Position numbers and translations under genes: made by a program. The notes below the pieces were generated by a model that worked only from the letters and a program-made list of their open reading frames with translations, was not told where the DNA came from and made no database searches. A DNA stretch of 64,000 nucleotides from Piromyces finnis finn (taxonomy: Eukaryota; Fungi; Neocallimastigomycota): NCBI GenBank assembly GCA_002104945.1, contig MCFH01000033.1:530715-594714 (forward strand), in the 5' to 3' direction. Shown in pieces: positions 43,601 to 53,730 of this stretch. Each line of letters opens with the position of its first letter. Within the stretch, counting starts at the first letter, position 1.

Positions 43601-44675
43601 AAATTATTTAAAAGTTATTGAAGATGACTCTTTAAAATTCTCCTTGATTCGTAAGGCTCATCTTGTCGGCCATGAAGGTGTTGAAAAAACACTTTCCAGA
43701 TTAAAAGAAATATATTATTGGCCAGGAATGTGGAACGACGTAAATAAAGTCGTTAAAACATGTTTAGAATGTCAATGCTATCGTCCAAAACCTATTCCTA
43801 AAAATCTGTCTAATATTTCAAGTCCAGTTGAAAGACCTTTCGTCAGAGTTGGTTTGGATATAGTTGGACCACTACCATTAACAGATAAAGGAAATTTATA
43901 TATTATTGTTTTAGTAGACTATACTACTAAATGGGTTGAAGCCGCTCCCTTAAAGAAAATTGAAAGTCAAGACGTTATTTATTTCCTAAAAGACGTCTTT
44001 GCAAGACATGGTGTCCCAGAAATAATTGTCACAGATAATGGAAGTCAGTTCACTTCGGATATAACAAAAACAATGATAGACTTATATGGTTCCTGGGTTC
44101 AATTCGTTGCACCACATCACCCTGAAGCTAATGGACAAGTTGAAAACAGAAATAGAGAAATAATAAAAATACTTCGACATTTATGTAAAAATCAAGAAAA
44201 TTGGGACGAAATACTTCCGGCAACCCTATGGGCTCTGCGTACGTCTCGTTCGAAAGTTACAGGGTTTAGTAGTTTTGAACTTTTATATGGAAGAAAAGAT
44301 TTATGGCCTCTTAGTGTGTTACTACCAGATATTCCAAAAGAAAAGGACGAGTCTGACGAAGAATACAATTTCAGACGTTTTGTCAGACACCAGAATTGGG
44401 TACAAGAAGCTACTGAAAATATCAAGCAAGCTCACGACTATTGGCTCCAAAGAAATGAAACAGCAAAGTCTATGCAACACCGGTACAAGCCAGATGATCT
44501 AGTGCTGGTAAGATATATAGGTAGAAAAAAATTAGATCCATTCTTTTTGGGACCATTTAAAGTAAAGAAAGTATCAAAATTCAACACTTTAGTTTTAGAG
44601 ACACTGGACACGCATAAAATACTAGAACGTAATGTCCATATTAAAAATGTGAAGCCCTATTTGTCCTCTCTATAA
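40632..44675 (+). CDS. pol: E1 Pol (protease, RT, RNase H, integrase), -1 frame relative to gag
   Basis: VLVDTGS, YMDD, IRTDAS, HLVGH..CLEC, GLDIVGP/TDNG/NGQVE, GPF motif; no chromodomain. The frame is open upstream of the track start (40800) back to the slippery site at 40632. Confidence 0.95.
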   Translation, partial: FKLNGGSSQSSPSNSKIDNNQTHNINNINEQVYVDETRDSHKTEKFSNSEEKFSDPLVDDPIKDIDKDDVTQNHVTNTIDDKDIENLIYAFKRKSSEESDESEDEDHVTQSKKKKLRENPLPIHTKATQMKEQQEIQNEKNSNFHTTTSRMDILDPSVIADKNISSAKKKNKEARNKRRTGPDISSNQDDIEEEVIGSKKSLKGNYYDFLRSIIMLGKNKEYDVYDALNNTNAGITFAQLFAVSPIIRRLCAKGLKLDPNDVRKINAIQNLDLDDDDISSFINIINEGDVDGDDNNNNVNNSVDNIDVSNEINVINKVNIASVIGSVDNNIVRVLVDTGSDVNVITKSFFDIISKKHKIKYFKRTFFKLASQQVISTNQAVSLVLRFDKLKISTTFWILEDEDSCYDIILGRQSQKDHRLYIDPDDDALYMKTDGSSIMVAQPSDSISQGNKLYHITIMNNINSLKDISDIDNIISKDEQIQLHSLIKNYRDVLIDSIDDVSVADAEPHSIELTSTKPIKLRPYKISLAQSQALKEEISKLLKHGLIEPSHSPWSFPVVMVKKKNGKWRMCVDYRKLNQITIKDAYALPFIDELLESVHGAKYFSAIDLFSGFHQIPMNSKDIEKTAFTTKFGNFNFKVMPFGLTNAPASFQREMNRILMPLIGTCLFVYMDDILVYSPNFKQHLKDLEKLFIILREHKFSINIDKCSFCKNSVEVLGHVLTADGIKPMPSKVLAIASWNTPKNVTQLRSFLGLVSYYRKFIPNFAAISSCLYKLTSPKASFIWLDIHSDAFYTLRSFICSSSILKYPDPNKQFIIRTDASSYAVGAVLLQLSDSYDIEFPIYCVSRCLKDAETRYSVTEKEGIAILFALNKFRSYIAASPFVVKVYTDHKPLVGFFNSSIPSNDRHIRWIAKFNEFRVDIIYEKGKNNVFADALSRMPSSQNLNINSIHSILEDKEDNISTFAPPKIIEYVKKNYSFLNGTLVYRSKSGNYLKVIEDDSLKFSLIRKAHLVGHEGVEKTLSRLKEIYYWPGMWNDVNKVVKTCLECQCYRPKPIPKNLSNISSPVERPFVRVGLDIVGPLPLTDKGNLYIIVLVDYTTKWVEAAPLKKIESQDVIYFLKDVFARHGVPEIIVTDNGSQFTSDITKTMIDLYGSWVQFVAPHHPEANGQVENRNREIIKILRHLCKNQENWDEILPATLWALRTSRSKVTGFSSFELLYGRKDLWPLSVLLPDIPKEKDESDEEYNFRRFVRHQNWVQEATENIKQAHDYWLQRNETAKSMQHRYKPDDLVLVRYIGRKKLDPFFLGPFKVKKVSKFNTLVLETLDTHKILERNVHIKNVKPYLSSL

Positions 44676-44996
44676 AAACATATAAAAAATAACGACCATT
44701 ATATTAAAAAAAATCAAGAAAAACACACATTAAAATGCTGAAGACGAATTTTGTCTCATTTTTTTTTTATTTTTTTTACCTTTTGAAAAAAAAATTTTAT
44801 TAATAAAAAATTTTTAAATTTTTCATCATTTTTTTTATAAACCTTATTTTATATTATTTTTAATTTATATATAAAAAAAAAAAAAAAAAAAAAAAAATAT
44901 TTTAATTTTTAAATATTTAATATGAAAATATCAAAAAATTCATATGTTTATTATTATTTATGAATATTTTTATCAGCTACCACTAAGTTGTATCTT

Positions 44997-45007
44997 AGGG
45001 GAGGAAA
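44997..45007 (+). promoter_or_regulatory. E1 polypurine tract
   Basis: AGGGGAGGAAA followed by TCT and the 3' LTR. Confidence 0.8.
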
Positions 45008-45010
45008 TCT

Positions 45011-45642
45011 TGATAAATAATAATTATAAATATATTATAAATTTGATATTTGTAGAACGTTTTATTATAAAAATAATTATTAAATAATTTTATATAGTTT
45101 AGCATAAAAATATAATTTACATAAAATCAAATATTTTATAAATTTATATATTTGATTGGGTTAAATTATAAAAATAATTTTTAATATAAAGAATAATAAT
45201 AATTTTTAGTAGAAAATGGGAAGACTTAACATATTAATAAGAAGTTGAATTTTTAATAATAGTTAATATAGTTAGTTAAATAATACATAATAATAATTAA
45301 AAGACAAAAATAAGTTTTTATATAATAAAAATTATTGTTAAAAAAGAGTATAAAAACAATAAATAAAAGAAAATATAAAAACGAAATTAAACTTGTCTAG
45401 TTTGTAATTATTGTGTTAATAATAAATAATATTTTATAGAATAAATCTGGTGTTATTATTCTATATAAATATTATTAAATAATAAAACTATAAATATTAT
45501 AAAATATTATAAAATAAATTAAAATAAATAATAAAACAAGTAGATATTGTTAAAGCTCGTACAATAGCTGTCGAGATAAAACAATATAAGGTAACGAATA
45601 AGTAGTTTAAAAAGTTGTAATATAACTACCAATCCGTTATCA
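45011..45642 (+). repeat. E1 3' LTR
   Basis: Copy of 39042-39673. Confidence 0.95.
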
Positions 45643-45646
45643 GATA

Positions 45647-46722
45647 TGATGCGTTGACCGATATATTTTTGAATAATATAATATTTTTAATAAATAATAA
45701 ATTCTAATATTTATGATGAAACAATAAATTTAAAATAAAATAAAATATGTTTTATAATTAACAAATAAATCACTCAAAAACTCGAAAATAAACTCTTTTT
45801 ATTATGTTTAAATTATCTCTTTATTATATTTATAATTTATTTATTGTCTATTTATTGTCCCCCCTTTATAAAGAAGAATTTTATCTTCCTTTTATACATT
45901 TTCATTTATTACATGTATTATTATTTTTAACTATTAAATGTTATTATTACTATTGTTATTATTTATTAAAATTAAAAGAATAAATTAAAATTATGTCTTA
46001 GTATTATAAAATATTATAGAATATTACTTATTTGATTTTCTTATTACTTCAAAATGTTTAAATTTAGAAAAATTATTATAAATTATCATTGACTATCATT
46101 AAATGTATAATACCTTGAATAAAATAATTAAAATTTAAAATTAAAATAATATTAAAATAAAATTAAAATGAAATTAAAATATTAAAAGTATCAATTATTA
46201 TAAACACTCATTTTATACAGAAACATAAAAGAGTTCTGTATTTTATCTTTGAAATTGTTATTATTGTTCTATTTCCAGGCTTTAAATTAATCACTTTTAG
46301 TAATAATTACTCAGTTATTTATTTGTTAATTTATATATATAAGTTTGAAAGAATTTCTAAAGAACACTTGGATAAAACACTAGAATTAATAATTTAATGT
46401 ATATCATTTTATTTTTTTAGTTTATTTATTCATTTTTATTTACTTATTATTATTTTATTATTTTAATACATTTTTGGATTGAGTCGTTTTATTTTATTTA
46501 ATAATTTATTTTATTATTATCTCTATTAAGTCGTTTTTATTCATAATTTATTATTTAATAAAGAGAATATTATTTATTTAAAAGAAAGGGTTATATTTCC
46601 ATAAAATTATTATTTATTCATTTTTAAGGGTTATTATCTTTTATTTTTATTATAAGTCGCTATGGGTTAAGTCGTGTTTATTCGGCTAGTTTTTATTACG
46701 TTTTTATGTGAGTAGCGTATCA
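45647..46722 (-). repeat. E2 3' LTR
   Basis: Matches 55126-56201 at constant offset 9479; element-strand termini TGATAC...GCATCA. Confidence 0.95.
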
Positions 46723-46734
46723 AGATCCCCCCAC

Positions 46735-49700
46735 TTAAGTTTGGACTTCGTCCCTGGAAGTCTCATTGTGCCAAGTATGATAATGAACTAAATTCTTTTG
46801 ATGAACATTTCTTTCAGCTATTGCACCACTAATAGGGTCACATAATGTAGCAGTATTAAATTCCATTTTAATAATACGGAAAGGTCCCATGAAAAATGGA
46901 TCTAACTTTCTTCTTGAAAAATTTCTAACAAGTACTAAATCACCAGCTGAGAATGCAGTATTCATTGAAGCTTTTTGTTTTCTTCTATTTTCCCATAATT
47001 TATTAGCATTCTGAATATTTTTGGTAACTTCAATAATCCATTCCCAATGTGTAGTAAATTTATTTATTAAATATTCTTCTGGAGTTTCGTATTCATTTTT
47101 ATTATTATATTCTATCATAAGTTCAAATGGTTGAAGGTCAGTACGACCATATAATAATTCAAAACTAGAAAATTTTGTTACTTCATTTTTACAAGTACGT
47201 AGAGCCCATAGAGCAGATGGTAGAACTTCGTCCCATTCTTTATTTGAGTTTCCTAGTAGTCGAATATTTTTAACAATTTCTCTATTACGATTTTCTACTT
47301 GCCCATTTGTTTCTGGATGATAAGTGCTAGAATATTGAACATATATACCATATAAATCAAGGAAGCCTTTAGTAGCATCAGAAGTAAATTGTGGACCATT
47401 ATCAGTAATTAATATTTCCGGAGTACCATGTCTAGAAAATACATTTGTAAGAAATTTTATAACATCCGTAGATTCAATTGACTTTAGTGGTTCAGCTTCA
47501 ACCCATTTGGTAAAATAGTCTACAAGTACTATTATATATTTATTATTATTTTTAGTTATTGGTAGTGGTCCAATAATATCTAAACCAACTCTAGTGAATG
47601 GTAGACCTGGTTTTGTAGCAAATGATTCAGTACCACTATTAATAGGTTGAGGTCTCTTTAATTGACAATCATGGCAAGTTTTTACAAGTAGTTCTACATC
47701 TTTAGACATATTTTTCCAATAATAATTTTTCTTTAATCGGTTATAAGTTTTATAAAATCCTTCATGACCTATTGAATGTGCAGCTAATAGTAATTCTATT
47801 TTCTCTTCTTTATCTTCGACAACTTTTCTGATATTGTCACCATCTTTATAGTACTTTATTCCATTTATTAAGATAATTTTCTTTTTAAGAAAGTCTTTAA
47901 TTTTATTACTTCCTGGATATTCATTAGAATTATTTTCACTGGTGGTACCAATAGATGTATCAGTTACTTCAGTTACAAGTACAGCTTCTAAGTCAGTATC
48001 ATTATCTAATACTTCTTCTTTTTCATTTTCAAATGAAACGGAGGATATTTTTATTTTATTTTCTATATTAAAATAATTATTTTTATCAATATTAAAAATA
48101 TTAGATGGTTCAAATGAATGAATTTTATTAAGATTATTATTATTGTGGATGTTAGAATTATAATAGTTAGTTGTAGTATTTTCATTTAATTTAGGAAAAT
48201 CATTTTTATTTATATCTATTTTATTATTTAAGTAGCAAGTGTTATTTAAGTCATTGATATCACTATTCATTACTTCATTATAAACAATATCATTATTATA
48301 TTCAGATAATTCATTTATTTCATTATTTTTAAAATAATTATTATTCTTGCTTTTATCAATATCATTTTTAAAATTTATATTTATATTTTTACTCCCATGT
48401 GAATTATTATTAGTAGAGATATAATTATTTAAATCAACATTATTAAGTTTAGAATATTTAATTGAATTTACACTTTCATTAACACAAGAATTTTTATTAA
48501 GGTCAATATTTTTATCAATATAAGGATTAATATTGTTATTTTTATTTATTTCATTATCATTAATACATGAATTATTAAAATTACAAGAATAAACTATATT
48601 TTCATTATTTTTAGAGTAAAAATCTTTATTTGAATTTAAAATATTATTTTTAGTAGTTTCACCATCATTATTATTAAAGGTAGCTAGTGAAATTTTTATA
48701 TCATTTTTATTGTCTGGTATTAGTCTAGATAATGCATCAGCGACTACATTTTTCTTTCCTTGTTCATATTTGACTTTTACCTTGAGCATACTAAGTGTAG
48801 TAACCCAGCGTGTTTGACGAGCATTATTTGGTTCTTTATTATTAAATAAGCCAACTAAAGGTTTATGGTCAGTATATAATATCGTTTCTTCTTTATTCCC
48901 ACTTATATAAGATTTAAATTTCTTACAACAATAAAAAGCTGCGGTTCCTTCTAAGTCAGTTATACTATAATTAATTTCACTATCATTTAAAGACCTACTA
49001 ACATAATGAATTGGATGTTCAACATTATTTTCATCTTTTTGAAGTAATACACCACCAATACCATTAAGTGATGCATCAGTTCTTATAATAAAATATTTAT
49101 CATAGTCAGGATATTTTAAAATAGGAGACTTAATCAGTCTTTCTTTTAGTATTTGGAAACTTTGTTCAGTTTCAGATGTCCATTCAAATTTCATACCCTT
49201 TTTTAATAATTTAAATAATGGATGAGCAATTTGGGCAAAATCTTTTATAAACTTCCTGTAATATCCTATAGCTCCTAAAAATGATCTTAGCTGTGTAAGG
49301 TTTGTTGGTGACTTCCAATTTTTAATAGTTTCAATTTTCTTTTCAACTGGTTTGACACCTTCTACTGATAGAATATGACCAAGGACCTCTACTTCTTGTT
49401 TTAAGAAATGACATTTTGAAAGATTTGCTTTTATACCATTTTCTTTTATTATATTAAAAACCTTTTGAAGATCTAATATATGTTGTTCAAGACTTGGAGA
49501 AAATACTAAAAGGTCATCCATATAAACAAATAAACATTTTCCAATAAGTGGTAGAAATATACGGTTCATTTCTCTTTGAAAGGTTGCTGGAGCATTACAT
49601 AAACCAAAAGGCATTACTTTGTAATTATAATTTCCAAATATTGTTGTAAAACATGTTTTATCAATATCTTCTTTCTTCATTGGTATTTGATGAAAACCAG

Positions 49701-51456
49701 AGAATAAATCCAATGTAGATAAATATTTTACATTATTACCAATAGAAAATAATATTTCTTCAATATATGGAAGTGGATATGAATCTTTTATTGTTATAGA
49801 ATTTAATTTTCTATAATCTACACACATCCTCCATTTTCCATTCTTTTTTGGTACTAATAAAACTGGAGAAGACCAAGATGATTGTGATGGTTCTATTAAA
49901 TCATTCTTTAAAAGCTTTCCTATTTCTTCTTTTAGAATTTCCATATGTTCTTTATTAGAAATACGATACATTTTCTGTTTAATAGGATCATCTTGATTTA
50001 ATTTAATTTCATGAGCTAATAATTTTGATTTACCCAAATCATCAGTATCATTAGCTAGAACATCTATATTAGTTATTAAAAGATTCTTCAGTTGGTCTTT
50101 TGCTTCTTTTTGTGTTTCATCAACTATTTTATTAATAAGTTGTAATTTAGAATCACTAGTAGTTTTAATTTCTAAATCTTGATATTTATCATTCTGACTA
50201 GTTAAGTAATATATTAATGCATCTTGATTAATTTCTTCATCAAATTCTTCTATTAAGTTAGTTTGATTCATTTCATTAATACTTTCAAAAGATCCAATTT
50301 TGTGAATATCATCAGTTTTCTGATATAAAGTATGATCAGAAAAGTCCATAATTAATTTCATATTAGCTAAAGTTTCTACACCAATTAAGACCTGGAATAT
50401 ATCTTCTTTTTCAATAAGTCTAAATATTTCTTTAGATGTTATATTACCAATAGTAATTTCAATTTCATATAGATGCGACTCAATAGTAGTATTGGAATAA
50501 GCTTGATATAAAGTTTCTCTAATTTTTGAAACTGGTTTTAATGGAATATTATTTTCTAATAAGAATTTTCTAGTAATCATATTTATAGATGAACAGGAAT
50601 CCAAATATACAGTAGTTTCTATTCCTTCTATTTTGCATTTTGATTTCACAACTTTATCTTTTCTTATGGTGGAAAGAATTGTAGATTCATCCTCAATAAT
50701 TTTAGTAAATTTTAATGCTTTTGAAAGTTCTGTTTTTAATTTAGGACTAATTTCAAGTAGTTGACCTATTGTTATATTTGCAAATTTTTCTCCTATATCT
50801 TTAGTTATATTATATTTTTCTTGATCTGCTGATATAACTAATCTTTTTGTACCTTTTTCATTTGGTACATCTTTTTCTTTTTGACTTGGAAGTTCAATCT
50901 CTTTTGCTAATTCTATTATTTCCTTTTCTCGTTCTTTTTTATTATTTCGTTTAGCTTTATCTATAGTGGGTTGATTAATGAATGAAGGATCTAATTGTTT
51001 TAATGCTTCTGTTGAATTAGTGTTATTATTAATATTATTATCATTAATGTTATTATCTATTTTATTACTTTCATTATTATTTATATTAGTGTCATTATTC
51101 ATACTCATATTATTATTAATATTATTATTATAATTATTATTAAGATTATTATTATTATTATTATTTTCATTTTCAATTACAGTCTCCATTTCTACTTCAT
51201 TATTTGGAACTTCAATTATATCTTCATAAGTATTATTTAATGGTTCTCTAGTCTCATTACTTGGAACTCTAATTGGTTGTGGATTGTCACTTAATTTTTC
51301 TTTGGTAGTTCTTTTATATGGTTTAATATCAGTATTCTTTTTAGCTTTTCTTATTACTGGAATAGTAATTTCTTCATTTACTGGTACTGATATTGTAGCA
51401 AAAGTAGTATTGGTTTGATTTATGGGAGTATTCCTTCTCCCACTCATAAGTTTAAA
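46735..51456 (-). CDS. pol: E2 Pol (protease, RT, RNase H, Asn-rich spacer, integrase)
   Basis: VYLDSCS, YMDD, IRTDAS, HSIGH..CHDC, GLDIIGP/TDNG/NGQVE, GPF; 1570-aa open frame; -1 frame to gag. Confidence 0.95.
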   Translation of the reverse strand, partial: FKLMSGRRNTPINQTNTTFATISVPVNEEITIPVIRKAKKNTDIKPYKRTTKEKLSDNPQPIRVPSNETREPLNNTYEDIIEVPNNEVEMETVIENENNNNNNNLNNNYNNNINNNMSMNNDTNINNNESNKIDNNINDNNINNNTNSTEALKQLDPSFINQPTIDKAKRNNKKEREKEIIELAKEIELPSQKEKDVPNEKGTKRLVISADQEKYNITKDIGEKFANITIGQLLEISPKLKTELSKALKFTKIIEDESTILSTIRKDKVVKSKCKIEGIETTVYLDSCSSINMITRKFLLENNIPLKPVSKIRETLYQAYSNTTIESHLYEIEITIGNITSKEIFRLIEKEDIFQVLIGVETLANMKLIMDFSDHTLYQKTDDIHKIGSFESINEMNQTNLIEEFDEEINQDALIYYLTSQNDKYQDLEIKTTSDSKLQLINKIVDETQKEAKDQLKNLLITNIDVLANDTDDLGKSKLLAHEIKLNQDDPIKQKMYRISNKEHMEILKEEIGKLLKNDLIEPSQSSWSSPVLLVPKKNGKWRMCVDYRKLNSITIKDSYPLPYIEEILFSIGNNVKYLSTLDLFSGFHQIPMKKEDIDKTCFTTIFGNYNYKVMPFGLCNAPATFQREMNRIFLPLIGKCLFVYMDDLLVFSPSLEQHILDLQKVFNIIKENGIKANLSKCHFLKQEVEVLGHILSVEGVKPVEKKIETIKNWKSPTNLTQLRSFLGAIGYYRKFIKDFAQIAHPLFKLLKKGMKFEWTSETEQSFQILKERLIKSPILKYPDYDKYFIIRTDASLNGIGGVLLQKDENNVEHPIHYVSRSLNDSEINYSITDLEGTAAFYCCKKFKSYISGNKEETILYTDHKPLVGLFNNKEPNNARQTRWVTTLSMLKVKVKYEQGKKNVVADALSRLIPDNKNDIKISLATFNNNDGETTKNNILNSNKDFYSKNNENIVYSCNFNNSCINDNEINKNNNINPYIDKNIDLNKNSCVNESVNSIKYSKLNNVDLNNYISTNNNSHGSKNININFKNDIDKSKNNNYFKNNEINELSEYNNDIVYNEVMNSDINDLNNTCYLNNKIDINKNDFPKLNENTTTNYYNSNIHNNNNLNKIHSFEPSNIFNIDKNNYFNIENKIKISSVSFENEKEEVLDNDTDLEAVLVTEVTDTSIGTTSENNSNEYPGSNKIKDFLKKKIILINGIKYYKDGDNIRKVVEDKEEKIELLLAAHSIGHEGFYKTYNRLKKNYYWKNMSKDVELLVKTCHDCQLKRPQPINSGTESFATKPGLPFTRVGLDIIGPLPITKNNNKYIIVLVDYFTKWVEAEPLKSIESTDVIKFLTNVFSRHGTPEILITDNGPQFTSDATKGFLDLYGIYVQYSSTYHPETNGQVENRNREIVKNIRLLGNSNKEWDEVLPSALWALRTCKNEVTKFSSFELLYGRTDLQPFELMIEYNNKNEYETPEEYLINKFTTHWEWIIEVTKNIQNANKLWENRRKQKASMNTAFSAGDLVLVRNFSRRKLDPFFMGPFRIIKMEFNTATLCDPISGAIAERNVHQKNLVHYHTWHNETSRDEVQT

Positions 51457-53460
51457 TGATTTTGATTAGAGTTTATAAGGCCTTGTTTTTCCATTTCTGC
51501 AAGTTCTTGGAATGTATATTTGCAATCTTGCATTTTGTGGCCTACTTGTTGACATCTAAAACATTTATTTCTTTGAGACTGGTTAAACATATTCACTTGA
51601 CTTTGAGATGTAGTTTGATTAACTTTATTAGTAGTAGTATTCATTTTATTAGCATTAACATTATTAGAATAATTAGTGGAATTTTGATATGATTTATTTT
51701 CTTCCATATTGGAATAATTATTGTTATTAAATGTACTAGAATTATAAGGGTATTTACTATAACCATTATTATATGCATTTTGATCACCTTGATAGTTGTT
51801 ATAATTATTGTTATAATTATTATTATAATTGTTACTATAACTATTATTATTAGTATTGAAATTATTTGGGTAATTATTTCTGTAATTATTTCTCTTATTA
51901 AAACGTTGATTTCTCATATTATAGTTTCCATTGAATCGCATATTATAATTATTATAATTATTATTATTATCATAATTATTATTATAGTTATTATTGTAGT
52001 ATCCATTATAAGTATATGGACTATCATTATTATTAAAATAATTATAATTAGTTCCACCACTATGTTGAGTAAATAGATTATAATTTTGGTTTTGATATGG
52101 ATCAAAGTAAGGTTGGTTATCAGTAAACATATTTACATTATGATACTGAGGAACTTCAGTTGCTGATTCAGCTAATTCGGCAACCTTAAAAGCGGCTTCT
52201 ATATCTTTAGGTTGGGCAGTGATTACTTGAGTTCTGATAAAAGGACGAGAAATAATGGAATTAGTATAATCCTTAACAGTAACGAATAGTTGGGATCCAA
52301 CATTAAGATTTTTATATAAGTTTCCGTATCTCCAGTTGAAATCCTTAATACTTTCTCCTCTTCTAATTTTTAGAGACTTAACATTGAAGCATTTTTCTTG
52401 AGGCGTGATTTCTAAGTATTCTTCAATAGCCTCTTTAATATCTTCGATACTAGGATAATTTGTTCCAGTATCACTTTCTGTTTTTAAGTCATCAATGATT
52501 CCTTTTAATCTACCTTGGTGTAAAAGTATAAAATTTAAAACAGATTTCATACTTAAAACAAAACAATTTTTATTAACACAAAAATAAAAAAATAAAACAT
52601 TAAATTTTTATTTTAAAAATCATTTTATTTAAAACTCTTAAAAAGATTATTAACTATATAATAGTTAATAATTAAAAAATTGAAAATAACAATTACATCG
52701 ATTTAACAAATAAAAATTACATGTATTTATATTTTTTCATAATTATATTCTAATATATTATTCTATTTAAATAAACATATATTTAATATAAAATAAACAA
52801 AACTAATTTAATTAAATAATAAAATAACAGAACTAAACTAAACTAATTCATTATACTTTTAATTCAATTTGAGTAAACTCAAAATTGAATAAAGCCCATG
52901 TATTTTCTATAAATTAATTTAATATTATCAATACTATTCTTAATATATTTCCTATTGAAATATAAATAAATCTATTTTTAAAACTAAGTTAAAATTATTA
53001 AACTATTCTAAATTTAAATAAAAAAGTATAATCTATTCTAAAATTAAATAAAAAGTATTTGAAAAATATTTTAATTATTTAAAATATTTGAAATATTTAA
53101 ATTTAATTAAAATTCTTTTATTCCTTAAACTTAAATATTTATCTTAATTTAAATTTAACGGAATTATTATAAAATAATTTATTATTAAATTATTCCATAA
53201 AATTTACTCAAAAATTTTATAATCAGTTTTACTAAATATTAATTTATTATTTAATAATTAATAATTAATTATTAAATAATCTAAAGATATATCTTATATC
53301 TTTACACTTGGACACATTCCTTTGCCCAAGCGAATATCTTTTTGGGATCATTGATGTCAGATAGGTCCATAACTCTGCTGAATTCTTCAGCCCAGCTTTC
53401 GATATCCCTATCTTGACTACCAATTCTAGGTAGCATTTTAGTGATTTCACTGATCTTCAT
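51444..53460 (-). CDS. gag: E2 Gag, split by a 788-bp insertion
   Basis: N-terminal part 53460-53307 (MKISEITKMLPRIGSQDRDIESWAEEF...IFAWAKECVQ). Removing 52519-53306 plus one TSD rejoins it in frame to GRLKGIIDDL.... CCHC CFRCQQVGHKMQDC; ends QNHLNL*. Confidence 0.88.
52519..53306. mobile_element. Solo LTR (or short-TIR MITE) of a third family inside E2 gag
   Basis: TGTAAAAG...CTTTACA termini; 5-bp TSD CTTGG at 52514-52518 and 53307-53311; AT-rich, non-coding. Confidence 0.85.
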
Positions 53461-53694
53461 TTTTGTATATATAAATTTCTTATAAGGTAAAATAATTAAA
53501 ATAAAAGAATAATTTAATTTGAAATAAATGATAATAAAGAAAATAATTGGAATTTATATATTATATATATATATATGTGTTTTGAACTTTAATAATATAA
53601 TAATATTAATAATATTTATAAAATTAAAAATGAAAAGAATTGAATATATAAATAATTGATAAATTGATAAAGTATAAAATAATATAAAATTTAT

Positions 53695-53730
<36 letters not shown>

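Larger units (their letters stand above)
39042..45642 (+). mobile_element. Ty3/gypsy LTR retrotransposon E1, full length, apparently intact
   Basis: 632-bp LTRs (39042-39673, 45011-45642; TGATA...TATCA), PBS, gag, pol in PR-RT-RH-IN order, PPT, 4-bp TSD GATA (39038-39041, 45643-45646). Confidence 0.97.

Noticed and set aside
40307-44502. Short antisense or alternative-frame ORFs within E1, E2, the ankyrin gene and the GPCR genes
   Set aside because: Shadows of the long ORFs with no motifs.
52515-52550. ATG 52550 as the gag start
   Set aside because: It lies inside the 788-bp insertion; MKSVLNFILLH is insert-derived.
53265-53450. Track ORF of 61 aa (MKSLKCYLEL...)
   Set aside because: Wrong frame; the real coding sequence is the gag N-terminus starting at ATG 53460.
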